A stretch of 55,555 bases of DNA, taken from positions 1 to 55,555 of the forward strand of contig CAZGPW010000241.1 of the NCBI GenBank assembly GCA_964527535.1. The letters are read 5' to 3'. The notes beneath the pieces are model-generated. The model was not told where the DNA came from and searched no databases. It saw only the letters and a list, made by a program, of their open reading frames with translations. Shown in pieces: positions 47,473 through 55,555 of this stretch (positions within the stretch are counted from its first letter, which is position 1; the number at the start of each line of letters is the position of its first letter). The stretch comes from an uncultured Bacteroidales bacterium. Lineage in GTDB: Bacteria; Bacteroidota; Bacteroidia; Bacteroidales; ML635J-15. A program made the position numbers and the translations under genes.

Positions 47473-48317
47473 TCGAAATCAATATAATTATCCGGATTTA
47501 AAGGCTCACCCTTGTGCCACAATTCAAAATGCAGATGGGGGCCATAACTTATTTCGCCAGTGTTGCCATACATTCCAATGCTTTCACCAGCCTCAACTTG
47601 TTGCCCTGTTTTTACAAGCAACTGTTTTAAATGCCTGTAAATACTGATGTAATTGTTCCTGTGCTGGATTTGGACTGTATAGCCGGTTTCCATGGTCCAG
47701 TTTGCAGCGATAATCGTTCCGGCAAGAGTTGCACGTACCACCTCATCCTCAGGGGTAACAATATCAGTACCATAATGATCTCTAACAGGGTCAAAACTAT
47801 TGGTAACCATTCCTTTTACGGGAGGGAAAAAAACCTCATCCGTTTTAGGTTGTTCTGAAATGAACCCCGAGGCTTTTAAATTATTATCCAGCGCCATCAT
47901 TTTTGCATCATAATCAGTCTTGTTTTCCTGCACAAAATTACTGGAATCGTTTAGGTTTTCACTGATTTCCAGTGCCGGGTTAAAAAGCTTTTCACCAAGC
48001 ATTACTTGTTTTAAATTGGTAAGGTACTGATCCCTGAGTTCTACTTCCCTGGCGAGGCTGTCTAAGCGTCTTGCATTTGTTGCACTTGCTATTCTGGCTT
48101 CTTTATCCGGATAGCCGGGGATATATTCTTTTATGGGGGTAAAAATGATACCAGCAACTGTAATGGCAATGATCAGAAGAATCAAACCAATTATCAGACT
48201 GATAAAAACAAAACGGTTAAAATTAAACCGCTTTTTTTGTTCAAAATTCCCATGCGTTAAAAGTATCAATCTAAATCTTCTACCAAGCCATAGTCTGATT
48301 TTTTTCAACATTGCCAT
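47469..48317 (-). CDS. M23 family metallopeptidase (catalytically intact), membrane-anchored
   Basis: N-terminal TM helix, HYGTD (HxxxD) and GPHLHFELW (HxH) motifs. Confidence 0.88.
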   Translation of the reverse strand: MAMLKKIRLWLGRRFRLILLTHGNFEQKKRFNFNRFVFISLIIGLILLIIAITVAGIIFTPIKEYIPGYPDKEARIASATNARRLDSLAREVELRDQYLTNLKQVMLGEKLFNPALEISENLNDSSNFVQENKTDYDAKMMALDNNLKASGFISEQPKTDEVFFPPVKGMVTNSFDPVRDHYGTDIVTPEDEVVRATLAGTIIAANWTMETGYTVQIQHRNNYISIYRHLKQLLVKTGQQVEAGESIGMYGNTGEISYGPHLHFELWHKGEPLNPDNYIDFE

Positions 48318-48341
48318 AGATCGTCTTTATCATATCTAACG

Positions 48342-48349
48342 CAAAGATA
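48342..48349 (-). promoter_or_regulatory. Candidate -7 box (TATCTTTG on the minus strand) for the M23-dxr-rseP-hyp-rdgB unit
   Basis: Plus-strand CAAAGATA is the reverse complement of TAnnTTTG. It lies 24 nt upstream of ATG 48317. Confidence 0.35.
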
Positions 48350-48390
48350 TCTAATTTTATATGTAATTAAGATTATTACTGTGTTAATTC

Positions 48391-49572
48391 TTAAACATTT
48401 CGTAAAGCTTGATTTAAGTCATCAATGATGTCCCTGGCATCTTCAATTCCAACGGAAAACCTTACCAGGCCTGATGTAATCCCCGATTTAATCCTGTTTT
48501 TTTCAGAAACACCCGCGTGTGTCATAGACGCAGGATGCTGTATCAAAGATTCAACACCACCAAGCGAAACAGCAAGCAATGCCAGCTTGACGCTATTCAT
48601 TAATGTTTTCCCGGCCTCAATACCCCCTTTAAGTTCAAAACACAACATGCTGCCAAAATCCTTCATTTGTTTGGCTGCCAAATCGTGTTGGGAATGTGAT
48701 TTTAGTCCCGGGTAATTTACCCATTTAATTTTTGGATGTTGATCAAGAAATTCTGCTACTTTTTTGGCATTATCGGTGGCTTTTTGTACACGCAAGGCCA
48801 GTGTTTTAACGCCACGATATACCATATACGCCTGATGCGGATCCATATTGCCGCCCATGTAGCGCATAATTTTTTTCATTTTAGTTAAAGTATCCTTGTC
48901 TCGTGATATCAAGGCTCCTCCCACAACATCAGCATGGCCGTTTATAAACTTTGTAAGGGAATGTAAAACGACATCAGCTCCCAAATCCAAAGGTTTTTGT
49001 AAATAAGGGCTGCTAAAGGTGTTATCAACAACAACCAGAAGATTGTTTTTATGCGCAATTTCAGATATTTTTTCGATATCTGAAAGCTCCATGGTAGGAT
49101 TGGCGGGGGTTTCAAGAAAAATCAGTTTTGTGTTTTCCCTGATGGCTTTTTCAACAGCCACTGGGTCACTGGTGTCCATATAAGTAGATTCTACACCGAA
49201 ATTTGAATAAATATCTTCCATTAGCAATCTACTAGGGCCATAAACGGCATGGGTACTGATCATGTGGTCACCCTGCTTCAGAAATGCAGCATATGCTGTT
49301 GATACTGCAGCCATTCCGCTTGCTAACGCTATCCCTCCAACGCCGTTTTCGAGATCGGCCAGTTTATTTTCAAGGGCTTCTATTGTGGGATTGGAAAGAC
49401 GGGTATAAATGTGACCTTTCTCTTCGCCGGTAAATAAACGAGCTCCATGATCAGCGTTTTTAAAAGCAAATGTGGAGGTTTGATAAATTGGCACAACTGC
49501 TGATCCAAATTGATCCTCAAAATCACCAGCATGAATTAGTTTAGTGCTAAAACCTTTGTCTTTTGTGTTCAT
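48391..49572 (-). CDS. PLP-dependent trans-sulfuration family enzyme (methionine gamma-lyase / cystathionine gamma-synthase-like)
   Basis: Cys/Met metabolism PLP family, with the PLP-lysine motif HSLTKFINGHADVVGG. Exact specificity cannot be called from sequence alone. Confidence 0.85.
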   Translation of the reverse strand: MNTKDKGFSTKLIHAGDFEDQFGSAVVPIYQTSTFAFKNADHGARLFTGEEKGHIYTRLSNPTIEALENKLADLENGVGGIALASGMAAVSTAYAAFLKQGDHMISTHAVYGPSRLLMEDIYSNFGVESTYMDTSDPVAVEKAIRENTKLIFLETPANPTMELSDIEKISEIAHKNNLLVVVDNTFSSPYLQKPLDLGADVVLHSLTKFINGHADVVGGALISRDKDTLTKMKKIMRYMGGNMDPHQAYMVYRGVKTLALRVQKATDNAKKVAEFLDQHPKIKWVNYPGLKSHSQHDLAAKQMKDFGSMLCFELKGGIEAGKTLMNSVKLALLAVSLGGVESLIQHPASMTHAGVSEKNRIKSGITSGLVRFSVGIEDARDIIDDLNQALRNV

Positions 49573-49685
49573 AATTATTCATTTAAATTTTTGAAAAATA
49601 TCATTTTATTTTTAAGCTGCGAATGAAGTTAGTTTTAATGAAAAACAATTAAATGATGAAAAACTTCATTAAATGTAGCTGTGTG

Positions 49686-49713
49686 TCAAATAAAAAGGAG
49701 AGTTTCCTCTCCT
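49686..49713 (-). terminator. Rho-independent terminator downstream of tRNA-Ala
   Basis: Minus strand reads AGGAGAG-GAAA-CTCTCCT followed by TTTTATTT. Confidence 0.65.
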
Positions 49714-49738
49714 GTATATTTATTATCAAAAAAAACCG

Positions 49739-49812
49739 TGGAGTATAGCGGGTTCGAACCGCTGACCTCGTGACTGCCAGTCACGCGCTCTAGCCAACTG
49801 AGCTAATACCCC
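49739..49812 (-). tRNA. tRNA-Ala (anticodon GGC)
   Basis: The minus strand folds as a 74-nt cloverleaf: GGGGTAT acceptor with a G3:U70 Ala identity pair, anticodon loop CTGGCAG, and T-loop GGTTCGAAC. CCA is not encoded. Confidence 0.95.
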
Positions 49813-49820
49813 AAATATTA

Positions 49821-50984
49821 TTAATGATTGATTATGAGCAACTTTTGATTTGCTATGATCATTCCCTTTTTATTGAGAGCATTAATGACATACCAGCCAC
49901 CTGGCAAATCACCGGTTGCAAAAGTACAAATCTTTGAGTTTACAGCGAATTTTTTTAATGTTTTTCCAGTTTCATCCGCAATAAACAAAAATTCAATCTC
50001 ATTGTTCAGATCGCCTGTATTGAGATTAAACCGGTTAGATGCCGGGTTGGGATATACATCCAATGACATTAATGTAGAATTACTAACCCCAGCATCTTCG
50101 GAATAATGGAAATTCACATTGTGTACGGTATCATGTGACGCATTGGTTTCAAACTGCACAAACGGATAAGAAAATGAAGGCGTCCAAAAATTAATGTTAT
50201 GGGTTGTATCGATGATTGGCAAGTCCATGGGGAGCTGATCACCCATAACATCCCCAAGCGGAACCCAACCTCCTGTCATTATAAGTCTTCCGTACACATC
50301 AATCACCTGAATCTGACGCAAATTTTCCTGCAAACAATCGTAAGCACCTCCTATAGCATAAGGGATACTCTCAACGGTTACCTGGCATTCTCCACTGACT
50401 TCTGTTTCAATATCCACAGACAACGTTACCTTTATTGAATCAAATGTAGATGAAAAATCATCGTAATAATCCGGAGGAATGACATGTTCAAGGTCTTCTA
50501 CCGGCATTTTTCTTTCACTTTCAGCATAATCACTGAAAGCTGTTTGGTCGTCAGTAGGGAATTCCATCAGCTTCAGTGTTGTATCCAGTTGCATTGGGAG
50601 GTTCATGTCCATTTGAAAAATATCCCCGGCAAATCCAACAGCCGAGGCATTGTCATCTGTTTTTACAATGTATATTTCAGTGTTTCCCTGTACCATCAAA
50701 TGGGTGGCGTTGGGAAAATTGCCGGCGGTATCATAAGCCTGCGGATCATGGTAAAAAATGGTATCCAATGTATAATCCACAAAAGACGAAACAGAGTCAA
50801 TCACGTAATCACTTCCGTCCATAAAATCGCTTAAAAACGCAGGATTATCGCCCGGGTTATTAAAATAATTTATCAGCGGAAAATTAACATTCGTTTGTGG
50901 GTAATTTTCAGATTCAAACGTTACCTGAGCCGATACGCTGATTATCATGCAGCTACTTAATAATAATACCAATATCCATTTCAT
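49821..50984 (-). CDS. T9SS C-terminal-domain secreted protein, function unknown
   Basis: Signal peptide, and a CTD ending LDVYPNPASNRFNL...GWYVINA. Confidence 0.75.
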   Translation of the reverse strand: MKWILVLLLSSCMIISVSAQVTFESENYPQTNVNFPLINYFNNPGDNPAFLSDFMDGSDYVIDSVSSFVDYTLDTIFYHDPQAYDTAGNFPNATHLMVQGNTEIYIVKTDDNASAVGFAGDIFQMDMNLPMQLDTTLKLMEFPTDDQTAFSDYAESERKMPVEDLEHVIPPDYYDDFSSTFDSIKVTLSVDIETEVSGECQVTVESIPYAIGGAYDCLQENLRQIQVIDVYGRLIMTGGWVPLGDVMGDQLPMDLPIIDTTHNINFWTPSFSYPFVQFETNASHDTVHNVNFHYSEDAGVSNSTLMSLDVYPNPASNRFNLNTGDLNNEIEFLFIADETGKTLKKFAVNSKICTFATGDLPGGWYVINALNKKGMIIANQKLLIINH

Positions 50985-50987
50985 AAT

Positions 50988-51395
50988 TTAAAAGGTTGTT
51001 TGCGGGGTTACTGTAATGGTTTCTTCGTATGTTTTATCCTTTTCAAGAATAAGGACACCAATGCCTCGTACAGTTGGACTGTTGTATCCGCCAAACTTGG
51101 TTACCTCCACCCGGTAAATAGATTCATACATAAATTCCTTTCGCACTATACCATCATCATCGGTATAGGAAGTATCTGCTATTTCTTTCACGCCTGATGT
51201 CAGATAAACACGGGTGTGGGTGCTGTCTGAATCTGCAGCCCGGATAACAACCATGGCTTCTTCCACCGGTTCTCCATTTTCATTCAATACTTTTATAGTG
51301 GCTTTTGGTGGAGCCGGGTCTTTACAGCTAAAAATACCCAGCATTATAAATGCTAAAACCAAAACCGGTAAAATCTTAATACAATAATGTTTCAT
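50988..51395 (-). CDS. Small lipoprotein with a carboxypeptidase-regulatory-like (Ig-like) domain
   Basis: Lipobox (GIFSC), with IKVLNENGEPVEEAMVVI resembling a CarboxypepD_reg-type beta-sandwich. Lies 3 nt upstream of the T9SS cargo gene. Confidence 0.55.
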   Translation of the reverse strand: MKHYCIKILPVLVLAFIMLGIFSCKDPAPPKATIKVLNENGEPVEEAMVVIRAADSDSTHTRVYLTSGVKEIADTSYTDDDGIVRKEFMYESIYRVEVTKFGGYNSPTVRGIGVLILEKDKTYEETITVTPQTTF

Positions 51396-51411
51396 GACAA
51401 ACTAAATTGGT

Positions 51412-51419
51412 TAAATTTG
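51412..51419 (+). promoter_or_regulatory. Candidate -7 box (TAAATTTG) for the PPIase gene
   Basis: Exact TAnnTTTG, 49 nt upstream of ATG 51469. Confidence 0.3.
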
Positions 51420-51468
51420 TAACTTACAATATTAGAAATTTTTTTTAAAAAATTCAAGAAAACTTAAC

Positions 51469-52389
51469 ATGAGAAAATATTTCATATTTATTTCTGTCAT
51501 CCTACTGATATCAGCTTGTTCAATATTCAAGCCATCGGGGCCGGTAGAAAAAAAAGCATTGATTACGACAAACAAAGGGGATATTGTCGTCAAACTATAC
51601 AATGAAACCCCAAAACACCGCGATAACTTTTTACGTTTAGCGGATTCTACTTTTTATGACAGTTTATTATATCATCGTGTCATTGAAGAGTTTATGATCC
51701 AGACGGGTGATCCTGAATCAAAAGATGCCCCCCGCACCAAACGACTTGGAAATGGAGGCCCCGGATACACGATTGAAGCAGAAATTGTTGACGAATTGTA
51801 CCATAAACGGGGAGCACTGGGTGCAGCACGCAAGTCCGATGAAGACAATCCTGAAAAACGTTCATCCGGCTCTCAGTTTTATATTGTTGTCGGAAAAAAA
51901 TGGAAGGATGCCGAAATGGATTTGCTGGTAAAACGCAAAAACGTATCCATATATCAGGAATACATAAAAAAATACCTCAAGGAAACCAATAATACAGCGC
52001 TCCTTCAGAAAATGGATTCGTTAAGACGGTATGGTGAAAGAGAGGCTTTCAATGAAATATTTCTTGATCTGAAAGAAAAAGTAAAACCCATGATTGAAAA
52101 AGATAGTGTTGAACTTTTTGAGCTTACAGCGAAACAACGTGAACTCTATAAAACAAAAGGCGGGAGCCCCCACCTGGATGGTGATTATACCGTATTTGGG
52201 GAAGTCATTGCAGGCATGGATGTGGTTGAAGAAATTTCTAAGGTCAGGACAGATATTCGTGATCGCCCCATGAAGGATATTTACATCCTGAACACAGAAT
52301 ACCTGACTGAAAAAGAATGGAAAGAATATAAAAAGAAACACCTGCCGGATTCCGGTGGATGGTTTTCAAAACTGTTCGGTAAAAAATGA
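51469..52389 (+). CDS. Cyclophilin-type peptidyl-prolyl cis-trans isomerase (lipoprotein, with an inserted helical segment)
   Basis: Lipobox (LISAC), with YHRVIEEFMIQTGDP, GALGAAR, SQFYIV and TVFGEV cyclophilin motifs. Confidence 0.9.
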   Translation: MRKYFIFISVILLISACSIFKPSGPVEKKALITTNKGDIVVKLYNETPKHRDNFLRLADSTFYDSLLYHRVIEEFMIQTGDPESKDAPRTKRLGNGGPGYTIEAEIVDELYHKRGALGAARKSDEDNPEKRSSGSQFYIVVGKKWKDAEMDLLVKRKNVSIYQEYIKKYLKETNNTALLQKMDSLRRYGEREAFNEIFLDLKEKVKPMIEKDSVELFELTAKQRELYKTKGGSPHLDGDYTVFGEVIAGMDVVEEISKVRTDIRDRPMKDIYILNTEYLTEKEWKEYKKKHLPDSGGWFSKLFGKK

Positions 52390-52423
52390 CCGGATCGTAT
52401 TTACTAAATAATTTTTTTGTCAT

Positions 52424-53446
52424 ATGTTAGAAAAAATTGAAGCTTTAAAACGGGAAATACAAAATTTTCAGGCAACCACGGAAAAAGAAATTGAAGCTTT
52501 TCGCCTGAAAATGCTGACTAAAAAAGGAGAAATCCCCTCATTATTTAAGGCTTTTCGTGATGTTGCACCAGAGGATAAAAAAGCACTGGGCAAACAAATC
52601 AATGAATTAAAAACCCTGGCTGAAAACAAACTCAACGAACTGAAAAAGAATTTATCGCAACAATCAAAAGATTATTCAAGCCTTGATTTGACACGGCCAG
52701 GTTATAAGACCGAATGTGGTACAAGGCACCCCCTGTCGCATGTACGAAGGGAAATGATTGATATTTTTAAACGTTTGGGTTACGTTATATCTGAGGGGCC
52801 GGAAATTGAAGACGATAAACACAACTTTGGTTTGTTGAATTTTCCTCCAGAACACCCGGCACGGGACATGCAGGATACTTTTTTTATTCAAAAAAATCCG
52901 GATGTATTGCTCCGGACGCATACTTCTTCATCACAAACACGAGAAATGGAAGAAATGAAACCCCCGATTCGCAGCATTACACCGGGCAGGGTCTATCGCA
53001 ATGAAGCCATCTCTGCACGTGCTCATTGTCAATTTCATCAGATCGAAGGGTTGTACATTGATGAGGGAGTGTCTTTTGCTGATCTGAAACAAACACTATT
53101 GTATTTTGCACACGAATTTTTTGGCAAAGAAACCAAAATACGGTTGAGGCCATCTTATTTTCCATTTACCGAACCCTCTGCCGAAGTGGATGTTTCATGC
53201 TCCCTTTGTGGTGGAAAAGGATGCAATGTGTGTAAATATACCGGCTGGCTTGAAATTTTAGGCTGTGGCATGGTGGATCCCAATGTATTAAGCGATTCCG
53301 GCATTGACCCTGAGATCTATTCCGGATTTGCTTTCGGGCTTGGCATAGAACGTATCGCCATGCTTAAATACGGCATCAATGATCTGAGGCTGTATTTTGA
53401 AAACGACAAGCGCTTTTTGGAACAGTTTCATGCCTATTTACAGTAA
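52424..53446 (+). CDS. pheS: Phenylalanine--tRNA ligase alpha subunit
   Basis: HPARDMQDTFF, the class II motifs, and the FGLGIERIAMLKYGI tail. Confidence 0.96.
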   Translation: MLEKIEALKREIQNFQATTEKEIEAFRLKMLTKKGEIPSLFKAFRDVAPEDKKALGKQINELKTLAENKLNELKKNLSQQSKDYSSLDLTRPGYKTECGTRHPLSHVRREMIDIFKRLGYVISEGPEIEDDKHNFGLLNFPPEHPARDMQDTFFIQKNPDVLLRTHTSSSQTREMEEMKPPIRSITPGRVYRNEAISARAHCQFHQIEGLYIDEGVSFADLKQTLLYFAHEFFGKETKIRLRPSYFPFTEPSAEVDVSCSLCGGKGCNVCKYTGWLEILGCGMVDPNVLSDSGIDPEIYSGFAFGLGIERIAMLKYGINDLRLYFENDKRFLEQFHAYLQ

Positions 53447-53455
53447 GTTTTATTT

Positions 53456-54208
53456 ATGATCGGAAGAGCAATAAAATCCAGCAGGCTTTTTTTATACAGG
53501 ACAAAAGCCCGTATCCAGAACAAAACCATTGTGCATTTTTTACACATTGGAAAAAGTGGCGGCACAGCTGTTAAGGCAGCCCTTGGCAACAAAGACAAGC
53601 CTCTCAAATGTAATGATTATTATATCTTTTCACATCCCCACAATTACACCCTGATGCACACCTGTAAAGGGGAAAAAGTGTTTTTCTTTGTACGGGATCC
53701 GATTGACAGATTTATCAGCGGCTTTTACTCACGGCAACGAAAAGGGAGGCCACGCATTTACAGGGAATGGAGCAAAGGGGAAAAAATCGCTTTTGAACAT
53801 TTCGGCACTCCAAACGAACTCGGCATGGCACTATCTTCTGAAAACACAGACAGGAAACAACAAGCCATTGATGCCATGAAAAGTATTTATCATGTTAAAT
53901 CATCGTACTGGGACTGGTTCAAAAATCCTGATTATTTGCTTTCCAGGTTGGATGACATTGCGTTTGTAGGCACGCAAAAAAACCTCAACGATGATTTCCT
54001 GCGGCTTAAAAAAACCTTCAACCTTCCCGAAAGCATAAAATTACCACAAGACAATGTAAACACCCATAAAAATCCGGATAACCTGGACAAACGCCTGGAT
54101 TCTCAGGCAATTGCAAATCTAAAAAAATGGTATGCGGATGATTACATGTTTCTTGATCACCTGGCTGATAAGGGATTTATCAATAAGGGAAGCATATGGA
54201 CTGAATGA
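53456..54208 (+). CDS. Sulfotransferase family protein (Sulfotransfer_2-like)
   Basis: A 5'-PSB-like loop FLHIGKSGGTAV (compare HIPKTGGT), and a downstream RDPxDRxxSxF-type 3'-PB motif (VRDPIDRFISGFYS). Confidence 0.7.
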   Translation: MIGRAIKSSRLFLYRTKARIQNKTIVHFLHIGKSGGTAVKAALGNKDKPLKCNDYYIFSHPHNYTLMHTCKGEKVFFFVRDPIDRFISGFYSRQRKGRPRIYREWSKGEKIAFEHFGTPNELGMALSSENTDRKQQAIDAMKSIYHVKSSYWDWFKNPDYLLSRLDDIAFVGTQKNLNDDFLRLKKTFNLPESIKLPQDNVNTHKNPDNLDKRLDSQAIANLKKWYADDYMFLDHLADKGFINKGSIWTE

Positions 54209-54214
54209 CTCACA

Positions 54215-55555
54215 TCATTTCAACACTTTTTTTGCCAGTTTCAGTTTAAACGGGGTATAAGGAGGATAACGCAAAGCAGGATCAGTAAGGTTGGATTTTC
54301 TCATTATGGATTTATAATGTGTAAAGGTTTCAAATCCATATTTGCCGTGATAGGCGCCCATGCCGCTGTTTCCTACACCGCCAAACGGCAGGCGCGGATT
54401 CGTAATGTGCATGATGGTATCGTTGATGCACATGCCACCACTGCTGATGCTTTTTTCAATTCTATTTATTTGAATTTTATTGGTAGAAAAAACATACATT
54501 GCCAGGGGTTTGGGTCTTGATTTGATTTTTTCAATGGCCTCTTCATCCGAATTAACAGAAATGACAGGCAATATGGGACCAAATATTTCTTCTTGCATAA
54601 GCGGATGCGTCTCCGGACAGTTTTTTACAATTACGGGGCTGATTTTTTTTGCATCTGTGTCAATTTTACCTGACCATTTGATGTCACAATCTGTTATCAA
54701 ATTTTTCAGGCGTTCGGCTTTTTCTTTATTTATAATGTTGGGGTAATCCGGATGATCAGATGGTTCTTCTCCCCAAAACTCCCGGATATGCTGTACCATA
54801 TAGTCCATAAGCTTTTCCGCTATGTCTGCATGGGCATACACATGATCTGGTGCAATGCAGGTTTGCCCGGCATTCAATAGCTTTCCCCAGATGATGCGTT
54901 TGGCTGCCAGTTTTATATTGGCACTTTTGTCAACATAAACCGGATTTTTCCCGCCCAGTTCCAGGGTTACAGGCGTGAGGTTCTCAGCTGCTTTCTGCAT
55001 GACAATTTTGCCTACGCGCGGGCTGCCGGTAAAGAAGATGTAATCCCATCTTTCTTCCAGCAAAGCCTGAGAAACTTCTTTTTCACCCTGAAAAAGATGG
55101 ATGTAGTTTTCAGGGAAATATTGTTTGAATAATTTTTCAAGCAGCGCAGATGTGTGAGTTGAAAATTCTGAGGGTTTCAGTGAAATGACGTTTCCTGCTG
55201 CAATGGCTGAAGCCAGAGGTGCAATTGTCAGATTTACGGGGTAATTCCATGGGGATATGATCAGTACCTGCCCGTAAGGTTCCGGTACAATGCGGCTCTG
55301 CGACCAGAAGTTGACCAGTTGATTTGTGCGGACGTGTTTTCTGCGGCTGTATTTTCTGACGTGTTTTTTTTGATGGGATATTTCATCAAGGGCATATCCG
55401 ATTTCAGTGGTGTAAGATTCAAAGGCTGATTTCCCAAGGTCTTTTTCAAGGGCTTCACTCAGCTCCCTGATGTTGTCAGATATACATGTGTGAAGGCTAT
55501 GCAGCATGCTTTTTCGGAATGCAACGGATTGTGTGTTGCCGGATGCAAAAAACTG
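54215..55555 (-). CDS. Aldehyde dehydrogenase family protein (ALDH3-like), N-terminus beyond the window edge
   Basis: ELGGKNP, catalytic GQTCIAPD, and EEIFGPILP. The reading frame stays open past the track ATG at 55507 to the window end (…QFFASGNTQSVAFRKS-MLHSL). Confidence 0.9.
   Translation of the reverse strand, partial: QFFASGNTQSVAFRKSMLHSLHTCISDNIRELSEALEKDLGKSAFESYTTEIGYALDEISHQKKHVRKYSRRKHVRTNQLVNFWSQSRIVPEPYGQVLIISPWNYPVNLTIAPLASAIAAGNVISLKPSEFSTHTSALLEKLFKQYFPENYIHLFQGEKEVSQALLEERWDYIFFTGSPRVGKIVMQKAAENLTPVTLELGGKNPVYVDKSANIKLAAKRIIWGKLLNAGQTCIAPDHVYAHADIAEKLMDYMVQHIREFWGEEPSDHPDYPNIINKEKAERLKNLITDCDIKWSGKIDTDAKKISPVIVKNCPETHPLMQEEIFGPILPVISVNSDEEAIEKIKSRPKPLAMYVFSTNKIQINRIEKSISSGGMCINDTIMHITNPRLPFGGVGNSGMGAYHGKYGFETFTHYKSIMRKSNLTDPALRYPPYTPFKLKLAKKVLK

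Noticed and set aside
49573-49738. SAM or other riboswitch upstream of the methionine gamma-lyase-like gene
   Set aside because: The leader is very AT-rich. It contains only a 9-bp inverted repeat (AATGAAGTT…AACTTCATT, 49622..49670) and the tRNA terminator. None of the GC-containing conserved cores of the SAM-I, SAM-II or SAM-IV classes is visible.
1-55555. Search for mobile elements, prophage, CRISPR arrays, restriction-modification, toxin-antitoxin or known defence systems
   Set aside because: No transposase, integrase, recombinase, Cas, methyltransferase, nuclease or ATPase-type defence ORFs were recognised. There are no regularly spaced direct repeats and no compositionally distinct multi-gene island. 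Gene content is overwhelmingly housekeeping.

Overview
This window looks like an AT-rich (by eye high-30s % GC), gene-dense core-chromosome segment of a Bacteroidota genome, probably Flavobacteriia-like. Three things support that placement: four proteins end in T9SS C-terminal sorting domains, a PorZ-like gene sits next to recO, and TAnnTTTG -7 promoter boxes lie just upstream of start codons with no Shine-Dalgarno sequences. About 50 CDS fill the window, and most are recognisable housekeeping genes: tyrS, aspS, pheS, nadA, birA, sufS-sufE-DUF59, dapD, deoC, efp, dtd, ade, mnmG, pepE, rnhA, dut, ybeY, recO, rdgB, rseP, dxr, a cyclophilin PPIase and an ALDH. There is also one tRNA-Ala(GGC). I found no transposase, integrase, phage, CRISPR, restriction-modification or recognisable defence genes, and no rRNA. 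I therefore do not see a clear novel system; this is mostly an ordinary region. The leads below are ranked by how far the sequence supports them. (1) Two identical perfect 14-bp palindromes (GTTCCACGTGGAAC) exactly bracket the adenine deaminase gene. (2) A 614-bp, very AT-rich, ORF-free spacer lies upstream of an orphan nadA. (3) A tightly coupled dut-to-ybeY string encodes a TPR lipoprotein, a DUF4292-like lipoprotein, a catalytically degenerate EnvC-like LytM protein and a 1107-aa membrane-anchored Met/Glu/Lys/Gln-rich coiled-coil protein. (4) A GT-C/GT2/polytopic-membrane glycosylation module follows it. (5) Several smaller oddities are also listed: a forced TTG-start outer-membrane-protein gene overlapping a MORN-repeat gene, an rnhA/GNAT out-of-frame overlap, a GC-rich heptad-repeat spacer, and a tRNA 8 nt after a CDS. 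All function calls rest on motif and family recognition by eye and should be confirmed with HMM/BLAST searches.
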